This document shows, piece after piece, positions 17,843 through 25,595 of a stretch of DNA of 40,038 nt. Source of the DNA: Dehalococcoidales bacterium (GTDB lineage Bacteria; Chloroflexota; Dehalococcoidia; Dehalococcoidales; UBA3254); contig DAOUFH010000095.1 in NCBI GenBank assembly GCA_034429955.1, positions 1 through 40,038 of the forward strand, given 5' to 3'. The notes under the pieces are model-generated. The model had not been told where the DNA came from. It did no database searches and saw nothing but the letters and a program-made list of their open reading frames with translations. Within the stretch, counting starts at the first letter, position 1; every line of letters starts with the position of its first letter. A program made the position numbers and the translations under genes.

Positions 17843-18406
17843 TCAGGCATTAGCTTCAAAAAGCGCCAGTACAGCCTCGGTCTGGCGGCGCAGAGCGGCC
17901 AGATCCGCTTCATTGGTGATAGTATAATCGGCCATGGCAATCGGTCCGCCCTTCTGCAGGTTTTCGATTTCCGATTTGTCTCTGCCGGCAGCCTCTTCAG
18001 CGGTCAGGGGACGCACCGGACGAGCAGCCAGGCGGGCATAACGGGTGGCGGGAGAGGCATATACCGCCAGTACCGCAAAACGCCGGCCGTAATAAGACTT
18101 GAGTGAAACGTATTCATCCCAGGAATAGAGGCCGTCAGCCACCACATTGGAGGACTCGAGAGCGGCATCGATGCGGGGCTGATTAATTATGGCGTAGGCG
18201 GCCATACCCAGTTCCCGGCGTAACTGCTCCCGGCAGAGCCGCTCGTTAGCTTCATTGACCGGCATACCGCGCTTTTTCATCTCATTATCGGTAGCATCGC
18301 CGAAACGAACGCGCTGATAACCATGTTCTTCGAAAATACAGGCAGCTTCGGATTTGCCGCTGCCGCACATACCCACGATGGCAATAACCCTGTGTTGCTT
18401 ACTCAT
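17843..18406 (-). CDS. P-loop nucleotide kinase-like protein (dephospho-CoA kinase-like / UPF0200-like)
   Basis: Walker A IVGMCGSGKS at the N-terminus, 187 aa, lid-like R-rich segment ARPVRPLTAEEAAGRD. Substrate unknown. Confidence 0.55.
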   Translation of the reverse strand: MSKQHRVIAIVGMCGSGKSEAACIFEEHGYQRVRFGDATDNEMKKRGMPVNEANERLCREQLRRELGMAAYAIINQPRIDAALESSNVVADGLYSWDEYVSLKSYYGRRFAVLAVYASPATRYARLAARPVRPLTAEEAAGRDKSEIENLQKGGPIAMADYTITNEADLAALRRQTEAVLALFEANA

Positions 18407-18415
18407 AATAAGGTT

Positions 18416-18421
18416 ATTATA
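18416..18421 (-). promoter_or_regulatory. Candidate -10 box (TATAAT) 9 nt upstream of the kinase ATG; possible leaderless or near-leaderless mRNA
   Basis: The minus strand reads TTTTATAATAACCTTATTATG. There is no Shine-Dalgarno between the box and the ATG at 18406. Confidence 0.3.
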
Positions 18422-18707
18422 AAACGGTTTGAGGAGGTTTGGCTATTGGTAGAACCGTCAGTTTCAAGAGCAGGGGATTTAACCAAAATAATGCCCCCCT
18501 CTGCCCCAGATGATTCAGTCTCTTCCGGAATGAGGCTTCCAGCCTGACCAGTGAGCTGTCATCTTCGGGAAAAGGGGAATTCTAAGTGACAGGTGATAAG
18601 TTTCCGGTACCCAAAGGGGGCGGGCACGAGGCCCGCCCACCTGAACCCGATTGACGCCCTGAGACACTGTTGGGAAACCGCCTATGGCGGGCCGGGCAGC
18701 AACCTGA

Positions 18708-19814
18708 CTACATAGCACCGACAAGGCCGGCCAGCTTGCGGCGGCCGGCAGCGGCATCACGGTTCTGGACGGAAACCCACTGTTCCAGTTTGGACATCGC
18801 ACGGCCGGAAGACAGAATTGCTATCGCCATCTCATAGCCGTCTTTGAGGTCTCGGGCTTTACCGGTCAGTAAAAAGAGCGGAGCAGCATTCAGGCAGACA
18901 ATCTCCGCGCGGGCAGTCCGTTTGCGGCCGGAAATAAGCTCGACAAAACGCAGGGCTTCCTCCTGCCGGTCGGCCTCAGGCCTCAGTTCCTGGGGAGAAG
19001 GACGGCAGATACCGAAATCCTCCGGCAGCACTGAATAGGAGACGGTTGAACCGTCCGGCCTAAGCTCGGCAATAAAGGTCTGGCCCAGTGTGGAGAGTTC
19101 ATCCATACCCTGCCCGGCAGAATCGGTACCGTATACAACCATCGCCCGTTGATAACCTATCTCGCGCATCACCTGTAAGGCCGGGGTCAGCATCTTCTGA
19201 GAATAGACCCCGCGCAAGCCATAGCGGGGCATGGCCGGATTGGCCAATGAACCGGCTATATTGAAAGTGGTACCGAAGTTGATCTGGGAAAGGATGCGGA
19301 AGAGGGCATTGGGATGGACCCGGGCACTCATACCGTTGAAGAGGCCGATCCCGGCCTTTTCGATGCTATTCTTGACCACCGCTACCTCACACTCAACATC
19401 AACCCCTAAAGATTCCAGCATATCGACCGTACCGCAGGCTGAAGTGATCGCCCTGGCTCCGTGGCGGGCCATGTAAACACCGCCGGCAGCAGCGATAATA
19501 GCCGCCGCCGTGCTGATATTGAAGGTCTTGAAAGAGTCCATGCCGGTGCCGCTGTTCTCTACCAGCGGAGCGGGCAAATCCAGCTCAACTTTCGCGGTAT
19601 CCAGCTCATAAACAGCCTCCCAGGCCCCGGCGATTTCCTCGGCCGTCTCACCTTTGGCCGTCAGCGCGGCCAGAAAAGCGCCCTGCTGCAGACCGCTCTG
19701 TTCATCCATAAGGACCTGGCGGAACATCTCTCTGGCAGTCGCCCGGTCCAGATTCTCGCCGCGCATCAAGGCGGCAATGTGCAATCCGAATTCTTTGTTT
19801 TTACAGTCAGACAT
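18708..19814 (-). CDS. Glycosyltransferase family 3 protein, divergent anthranilate phosphoribosyltransferase (TrpD) paralog
   Basis: TrpD-like blocks: GAFLAALTAKGET, NSGTGMDSFKTFNISTAAAIIAAAGG, ARHGARAITSACGTVDMLESLG, NIAGSLANP, GMDELS. Canonical GTGGDG and KHGNR are altered. AGGAG RBS in the 15-nt spacer after the upstream gene. Confidence 0.7.
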   Translation of the reverse strand: MSDCKNKEFGLHIAALMRGENLDRATAREMFRQVLMDEQSGLQQGAFLAALTAKGETAEEIAGAWEAVYELDTAKVELDLPAPLVENSGTGMDSFKTFNISTAAAIIAAAGGVYMARHGARAITSACGTVDMLESLGVDVECEVAVVKNSIEKAGIGLFNGMSARVHPNALFRILSQINFGTTFNIAGSLANPAMPRYGLRGVYSQKMLTPALQVMREIGYQRAMVVYGTDSAGQGMDELSTLGQTFIAELRPDGSTVSYSVLPEDFGICRPSPQELRPEADRQEEALRFVELISGRKRTARAEIVCLNAAPLFLLTGKARDLKDGYEMAIAILSSGRAMSKLEQWVSVQNRDAAAGRRKLAGLVGAM

Positions 19815-19829
19815 AATTTTCTCCTGTTA

Positions 19830-20864
19830 TCAAAAATTTATGATCACTTTCAAAACGCGGCAGGCAGCCACTATTTCCAGACCCCGGTTAATCTCAGACA
19901 AACTCAAACGGCTGGTTATCAAACGCTCAACCGGAATCTTCCCTGAAGCGATAAGTTCCAGGGCCTGTCTGTTCTGAACAGGAGTAGAGCCGTAAGCCCC
20001 TGTCAGAGACAGTTCCCGGTAGTGCAGTTGATTGAAATCCAGACAACCGGAGGCGGAGTCCGAGGGCAGTCCCGAGAAGCAGCAGAGTCTGCCGCCGCGG
20101 TTCAGCAAAGGTACCAACTGCGCGGCTGAATAGCTGGAACAGGCAGCGATGATGACATCTACACCCCGTCCGCCGCTAGATTCATGGATATATTCAGACA
20201 GGCTATGGCAGGAAACGTCTATCAGTGCAGCTGAGGTTAGTCCGGCAGCCGCAGCCAGACGGTCGGGACGGGATTCCGCCAGATAGAGCGCAGCCGCACC
20301 CCGGCTGGAGGCCAGCCAGCAATTCAATAGACCAAGCGGGCCGGCGCCCAGCACCAGCAGGGACTCACCGGAACGCCAGCCGACCTGATCAAAGGCATTC
20401 AAACAACTGGCCAGCGGTTCAGCCATAGCCGCCAGCTCGGAGGATAATCCGGCAGGTATAAGATTGACGCCGCCACCCCGAACGCCGGCAGCCGGCACGG
20501 TCAGGTAATCGGCAAAAGCGCCGTCATAGCTGAACCCCATAATTTGCAGACCGGTGCAGCGATTTTCCTGTCCGCTCAGGCAGGCCGGGCATTTTCCGCA
20601 AAAGACGCCGGGATAGACCTGAACCCGGTCGCCCTCCTTAAAAGGCTTCCCGGCAGCCCGGCTCTGAAAGACCACTCCGGCGATTTCGTGTCCCAAGACG
20701 CGCGGATAGACCAGAGCCGGCTGGTGATGCTTCAGCATACGGGCATCCACACTGCAAATGGAAGCAGCGGTCGTCCTTATCAGCAGGCCGCCTTCCGGGC
20801 AAGCCGGTAAAGGTCTGTCTTCGATAATCAAATTACCCTGTGATTTTAAAACAGCACATCTCAT
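19830..20864 (-). CDS. Zinc-dependent medium-chain dehydrogenase/reductase (threonine/sorbitol dehydrogenase-like)
   Basis: Catalytic Zn ligands C37..GHE(I), structural Zn cluster CGKCPACLSGQENRC, Rossmann motif LVLGAGPLGL. Confidence 0.8.
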   Translation of the reverse strand: MRCAVLKSQGNLIIEDRPLPACPEGGLLIRTTAASICSVDARMLKHHQPALVYPRVLGHEIAGVVFQSRAAGKPFKEGDRVQVYPGVFCGKCPACLSGQENRCTGLQIMGFSYDGAFADYLTVPAAGVRGGGVNLIPAGLSSELAAMAEPLASCLNAFDQVGWRSGESLLVLGAGPLGLLNCWLASSRGAAALYLAESRPDRLAAAAGLTSAALIDVSCHSLSEYIHESSGGRGVDVIIAACSSYSAAQLVPLLNRGGRLCCFSGLPSDSASGCLDFNQLHYRELSLTGAYGSTPVQNRQALELIASGKIPVERLITSRLSLSEINRGLEIVAACRVLKVIINF

Positions 20865-20946
20865 AGTTACAGGTTCCCGTTTTTATTTGTCAGCCCAGCC
20901 CGCCTGTGCGTTCAAGCCTCACAGCGCACTGCTGATCATTTGCCGG

Positions 20947-20984
20947 ATAAAAAAATCCCTGAACCGATTCAGTTCAGGGATTTC
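20947..20984 (-). terminator. Intrinsic terminator T2 in riboswitch leader
   Basis: Minus strand AAATCCCTGAAC-TGAATCG-GTTCAGGGATTT (12-bp stem) followed by TTTTTAT. Confidence 0.7.
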
Positions 20985-20990
20985 CAGACA

Positions 20991-21028
20991 ATAAAAAATC
21001 CTTAAACCAAATCTGACTTAAGGATTTT
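20991..21028 (-). terminator. Intrinsic terminator T1 (likely riboswitch expression platform)
   Basis: Minus strand AAAATCCTTAA-GTCAGATTTGGT-TTAAGGATTTT followed by TTAT. Lies about 35 nt downstream of the aptamer. Confidence 0.6.
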
Positions 21029-21059
21029 CCATCTCCATTAGTCCTAATCCACGAGGTAT

Positions 21060-21230
21060 TTACCATCCGGCAGGTCTTCTGGCTTCCGGATCAGCCTACC
21101 GGCTGAGGCCTTCCCACTCCTTCAGGAGCAGTGACCGATCAACAGCTTTCGTACCCGGATACAGCGGCGGGACCGCACCCGATTTCGACGGGTTTCCCTA
21201 TTAAGTCCCTGTTACAGGACACCGGACCTC
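21060..21230 (-). promoter_or_regulatory. Cobalamin (B12) riboswitch aptamer
   Basis: The minus strand reads AATAGGGAAACCCGTCGAAATCGGGTGCGGTCCCGCCGCTGTAT ... GTCACTG (B12 box) ... GGGAAGGC ... AGCCAGAAGACCTGCCGG. This matches the conserved core of RF00174 in order and spacing. Confidence 0.85.
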
Positions 21231-21308
21231 TATTAAATTGTTAGAAATATTGTAGCAGGAGCAAATGAGGAGTTTCAAGTTGTAGAACGTTGATATAGAT
21301 AAGCGCGT

Positions 21309-21827
21309 TTATCTGGAAAGGTTCTCTCCCTGGTAATGGCCGTTGTAGCCCTCAGTCTCAGAAGACAGACGGACAAAGACCAGCTGGGCCACGCGGGCAT
21401 CTTTCTGCAGCTTGAATCCGTGAGGATTATAAACGGTCAGCAGGGCCTGTCCACGGCCGGAATAACCGGCATCCCAGACCGCCATATGCACGGTAACGCC
21501 GCAGCGTAGCAGACTGGAACGCGGCTGGCCGAGCGCCATGACATCTTTAGGCAGGCTGACGATCTCGTTGAAAGTAATCACATAAGAGCCCGGCTCAAGA
21601 TGAAAAAATCCGGCGGCATCAGGCTGTAAAGGGCTATTTCCGGAGATAACCCTCTCAACATTCGAGACAGCGATAGTGCCGGCGTTATCCAGAGCGGCGA
21701 TTGTGCCGAAGGTCAGATCGCAACCGTTGGGCTGGACCTGTTCAGCCAGATTGATACAACCGTCAATCAAAGGCGGCTGAGCAGCCACCAGAGAAAGGAT
21801 GTCTTGTTTGGAGAGAATTACGGACAT
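21309..21827 (-). CDS. dUTP diphosphatase of the dCTP-deaminase family (archaeal-type Dut)
   Basis: 172 aa. VQPNGCDLT, PRSSLLRCGV and WDAGYSGRG motifs typical of the trimeric dCTP deaminase/dUTPase fold. Confidence 0.7.
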   Translation of the reverse strand: MSVILSKQDILSLVAAQPPLIDGCINLAEQVQPNGCDLTFGTIAALDNAGTIAVSNVERVISGNSPLQPDAAGFFHLEPGSYVITFNEIVSLPKDVMALGQPRSSLLRCGVTVHMAVWDAGYSGRGQALLTVYNPHGFKLQKDARVAQLVFVRLSSETEGYNGHYQGENLSR

Positions 21828-21839
21828 GGAACCCCCCTT

Positions 21840-22043
21840 TTCAATACAGTTGCAGCCAATAACTCATATAGAAGAGAAGGATAGTTTACAGTAGACATCT
21901 AAATATCTTAATTATCTATTAATCTACAAGCTAAGCAGCTCGCCCTTCCCCGCAACTAAAAACGAATAACGAAAAACTAACCTTCTCCCCTAATGTCTAA
22001 CAGCTAACAATCTAAATATCTAGAAATCTAATTATCTAAAAGT
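21840..22043. repeat. Mosaic intergenic repeat, copy E (modules shared with 27838-27930 and 36446-36490)
   Basis: ACTAAAAACGAATAACGAAAAAC matches ACTAAACACGAATAACGAAAAAC at 36449-36471. CTAACAGCTAACAATCTAAATATCTAGAAATCTA resembles the reverse complement of 27850-27890. Confidence 0.6.
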
Positions 22044-22307
22044 CTACCTTATGGCGAAAATTATAATGACCAGCACGGTGACCAGGCTAATCATGATATT
22101 CCAGGGCATCGTGCTGCCGCCGGCGCTTTTAGACTGGCTCTTCACCAGCAGATAAATCAGGAAGAAATAAAACGGGCTGAGGGCCGCCAGCAGATTGATC
22201 GGTTTAGCGATGATATATTGAAACAAAAACGCGGTCAGGATAAGACAGAAAAAGGTTAATCCACCCAGTTTGGCTTCATCGGTCAGTTTCATGTTTTTTA
22301 GCTCCAA
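22044..22307 (-). CDS. Small integral membrane protein (3 predicted TM helices)
   Basis: 87-aa ORF, strongly hydrophobic, 55 nt downstream of herA on the same strand. The true start may be an internal Met. Confidence 0.5.
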   Translation of the reverse strand: MELKNMKLTDEAKLGGLTFFCLILTAFLFQYIIAKPINLLAALSPFYFFLIYLLVKSQSKSAGGSTMPWNIMISLVTVLVIIIFAIR

Positions 22308-22362
22308 TCAATAATAATCGCAGCTATCCAATATTTTAGCATATCCGACCGCACACGAGCGG

Positions 22363-23991
22363 TTATTTCCAGAGGTCGTCAGCATATTCATCGAGCTTAC
22401 CGGTATCAACCGCCGCACTGAACTCGCCGTAAGTATCTGGCCCGTATTCACGGGTGCGCACCACCACGGGCATAGGCACGGAATGTCCGAAGACCAGGAT
22501 TTGCTGTTTGGGCTCCAGGCGGGCCAGTACCGAGCGTAACTCACTCTTGCCAGACACTCCGGTCAGAACGGCATCCACGTCTTTTTCATTATCCAGCAGG
22601 CAGGTGATCTTGGTGCCCATCTGAGACATGATTTCCTCATCTATGGCACTGGGCCGCTGGTCGATGACCAGCAGAGTAACGTTATATTTACGCATCTCAC
22701 GCGCGATGGTGCCGAAAATGGTCTGGGAAGCCACTTCGGGATTCAAGAATTTATGGGCTTCTTCAATTGTGATGACCAGCGGGCGGGGCTTCTTGCTCTC
22801 CTCTCCCAGGGCATTTTCCATACGGTCGCGGTACTGATTATAGATACGTCGGGAGAGCATATTGGCCACCAGCATATAGGCCGCCAGGTCGGTATAACGG
22901 CCGAACTCCAGTACCACGTTCATGCCGCTGTCCAGGTATTTGAGAATTTTTTCCACAGCGTTTTCCTGAACATTGGGAGAGAGGAATTTCAAACGGACGA
23001 TTGATTCCAGGCCGCGGCGCAGATTGCTGAAAGAAGCCTCATGAATATTGAGGGACTTGAGCAGATTCTGGGTCTCTTCATTGTTTTCCATACTGAGCAC
23101 AGCCTGCATCCAGCGGCGGTCACCGAAACGGCGGGCAAACTGGTAAGTGGCCTGAACGGCATTATCGGTCAGGTTAAGCGTCTGACGCAGCAGAGCGATA
23201 TCTTCAGGTTCTATTTCGTTATAACCTAAACGCACCACCGCATCGGTACTGACCCTGCGACGGCGGGAACTTTCTTCATCCAGTGTAAACACCGCCACTT
23301 TATCCGGGAATAGCTGTTTTAAGCCTTTGGCCTCATAATGAGTTTCACTGGTACCTTTCCAACCATATTCATTGTGCATGTCGAATACCAGATTAACGGC
23401 CGCGCTTTTTTGCAGCATTCCAGCCAATAAAATACGGGTTAAAAACGTTTTACCGGTACCGCTCTTGCCGAAGATGCCGTTGGAACGCTTGACGAACTCG
23501 GAGAGGTCCAGACAGATTTTGGTCTCCATATCGAGAGGCGTGCCGATATAGAAGCGTTTATTGTCCTCGCCGCCGAAGACGATCTCAACATCTCTTTGAG
23601 AGGCTTCATCGACGGACGAAAAATGGCTGGGAATGGTCTTGACCGGCTGCGGGCCTTCACCGTCACCCATTACCTGTCCTCCGATGGTGAGCATGGGCAG
23701 GACATGCAGGGTGCCGTAGGTGCTGGTACCTGAAAGCACTTCTTTCAAAAAGGCATCCTCGACATCTGAGGGAACAGTATTGATCTGTTCGTCCACCACG
23801 CCCAGGGTAACATCGGTAATCATACCGAAAAAGCGGCGTTTCTGACCCTGAATAATCACATAACGGCCGACAGCCATATCCTCCACCGAAGCCGAGCCGT
23901 CCAGTTTAACATCGATGCCGTGAGTCAGGGAGCCGTTGACCACCACTCCCAAACGACGGCCTTTGAGCGGAATATCGTTAGACTGCGTCAT
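22363..23991 (-). CDS. herA: HerA-like hexameric ATPase/helicase (HAS-barrel + FtsK/HerA P-loop)
   Basis: N-terminal HAS-barrel-like GVVVNGSLTHGIDVKL..GRYVIIQG. Walker A GKSGTGKT. Walker B LVITIEEAH. LLVIDQRPS arginine-finger region. Confidence 0.8.
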   Translation of the reverse strand: MTQSNDIPLKGRRLGVVVNGSLTHGIDVKLDGSASVEDMAVGRYVIIQGQKRRFFGMITDVTLGVVDEQINTVPSDVEDAFLKEVLSGTSTYGTLHVLPMLTIGGQVMGDGEGPQPVKTIPSHFSSVDEASQRDVEIVFGGEDNKRFYIGTPLDMETKICLDLSEFVKRSNGIFGKSGTGKTFLTRILLAGMLQKSAAVNLVFDMHNEYGWKGTSETHYEAKGLKQLFPDKVAVFTLDEESSRRRRVSTDAVVRLGYNEIEPEDIALLRQTLNLTDNAVQATYQFARRFGDRRWMQAVLSMENNEETQNLLKSLNIHEASFSNLRRGLESIVRLKFLSPNVQENAVEKILKYLDSGMNVVLEFGRYTDLAAYMLVANMLSRRIYNQYRDRMENALGEESKKPRPLVITIEEAHKFLNPEVASQTIFGTIAREMRKYNVTLLVIDQRPSAIDEEIMSQMGTKITCLLDNEKDVDAVLTGVSGKSELRSVLARLEPKQQILVFGHSVPMPVVVRTREYGPDTYGEFSAAVDTGKLDEYADDLWK

Positions 23992-24583
23992 TCTTAAGCC
24001 CCCTCAAAACAGCTTTCAACTGAGCATAATCACGACTTAACAGAGAGGCCAACTCCTTGCCGGCCGTGACCAGGAAGGCGCGTTTCTCCGGTCCGTAAAC
24101 CACCGCCATGCGCCGCAGAGCGGCGGCCACCATTTCTTCCACCGGCAGTTCCAGGCGTGATTTGAGCAGGATATTCAAAAAATCGAAGGAGCGGCTGAAG
24201 TCCTTGACCTCGTCATCGCTGCAATAATTAACAAAACCGTGAATGCGGGCCGGTTTGGGCGGCAGGAACTGGCAGATGCAGGACTCCTGCTTGAAACCGA
24301 CCACTACCGCATCGAACTCGCTTCTCAGCAACTTGAGTAGTTGAGGGCTGGAACGAAAAATTTCTTCCTCTGAAGCTTCGTCTTTACCGCGGGCGATAGG
24401 CCGACGGCCGGGCTCTATACCGGCGGTAGTCACACGGCAGACCACCGCATACAAATCACGCTCGGTATCATAATGCGCTTTGACCAGTTGTCCCAGGGGA
24501 GGAGAAGCATAAAGCTCATAGCACTGAGCGGTAAAATCGGTAGTACAGGACTCGATTATTTCACCAACACGCTGTTCAGGCAT
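23978..24583 (-). CDS. Hypothetical protein, HerA-coupled (14-nt overlap with herA)
   Basis: 201-aa ORF. The N-terminal VGEIIESCTTDFTAQCY..LGQLVKA..LYAVVCRV looks like a beta-barrel similar to a HAS barrel. No catalytic motif recognised. Confidence 0.5.
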   Translation of the reverse strand: MPEQRVGEIIESCTTDFTAQCYELYASPPLGQLVKAHYDTERDLYAVVCRVTTAGIEPGRRPIARGKDEASEEEIFRSSPQLLKLLRSEFDAVVVGFKQESCICQFLPPKPARIHGFVNYCSDDEVKDFSRSFDFLNILLKSRLELPVEEMVAAALRRMAVVYGPEKRAFLVTAGKELASLLSRDYAQLKAVLRGLKNDAV

Positions 24584-24697
24584 ATTACAGCTCCCTTCGA
24601 TAGCTTCAAACTATCTTAATAGTCTCAAGAACCGGGTTACTCATCGCCAATTCCATTTTCAAATTTCAGTTATAGGCGGCAACCGGCGTAATAACAG

Positions 24698-25534
24698 CTA
24701 CCAGTGTACGCTATAATGCGAGACAATACCAAGGGGACGGAAACGGGACTCTCCTACCTCCAGCATCATATTCCGCAGCAGGGCTTCCTGTTCATCCAGA
24801 CGTTTTTCCCAGGCCTGGATTTCAGCCAGTTCGGGGGAACCTTCGATATAAACATTTTCGCTGAGTTCCTGATTGAACAACTGCACTTCAGCATTATAAT
24901 CGGCAGTTTTAGACTTTAATTCCTCCCACATCTCCTCGTAATGCTCGTAAAAAGAGTAATCCGTATCGGCCGCATAAGCGATAGCAATAACACCGTACTT
25001 GCGGCCTTCGACCAGATAGGCCACCTTGTCCCAACTGCCGGGACTGACAGAGTCGGCATTAGCCTCCATCTGGCTATAGAGGCTGTCACCGGTACAATCG
25101 ATAAAAACCAGGCCTTTATCAGTCGTATTGAAGGCATTAACGGCATGTCCGATTTCACCGCTGACCCAATCGATGCTGACATAAGCCGCTTTGATACCGG
25201 CCGCCTCAGCATTATTATGCAGCATCTCGGCAAAATCGCTACAGACAAAAGGCGTCAGACCTTCCGGGTTATCACGTTCGACATAGGTATACAGGTCGGT
25301 TTTATCCCGGTGTAAAAAATCCAGTAAAGCGGTATAGGAGACCTCCTGGGCCTCCGGATTGTTCTTCAACTCCACCGGTGCATCGGAACCGTCAACCAGT
25401 ACAGCCCCATCCTCATAAATGTAATTGGGATTTTGCAATAGAGGCGCCAGTCCTGCACAGCCTGAGAGTGCCAGCAGCAGGCCGGCTAAAATGGCCGGCG
25501 TAACTAACCGGAAAATTTGGCGAAGCATTAACAT
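24698..25534 (-). CDS. Lipoprotein of unknown function
   Basis: Signal peptide with lipobox LALSGC at residues 21-26. 278 aa. Confidence 0.6.
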   Translation of the reverse strand: MLMLRQIFRLVTPAILAGLLLALSGCAGLAPLLQNPNYIYEDGAVLVDGSDAPVELKNNPEAQEVSYTALLDFLHRDKTDLYTYVERDNPEGLTPFVCSDFAEMLHNNAEAAGIKAAYVSIDWVSGEIGHAVNAFNTTDKGLVFIDCTGDSLYSQMEANADSVSPGSWDKVAYLVEGRKYGVIAIAYAADTDYSFYEHYEEMWEELKSKTADYNAEVQLFNQELSENVYIEGSPELAEIQAWEKRLDEQEALLRNMMLEVGESRFRPLGIVSHYSVHW

Positions 25535-25595
25535 TCCGATTGACTAGTCCCTTAAGTCCAGCATTTAAATAAAGCTATTACGTTGAAATATAGTA

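Noticed and set aside
18407-18707. Considered SRP RNA, a second cobalamin riboswitch, a TPP riboswitch and tmRNA for this structured spacer
   Set aside because: GGTCAGG...CCGGAAG loosely recalls SRP helix 8, but the GGAA tetraloop/AGCA context is missing. The cobalamin core (AGGGAA..GCCACTG..AGCCAGGAGACCTGCC) is absent. CTGAGA and ACCTGA occur in the wrong order for TPP. There is no tRNA-like end for tmRNA.
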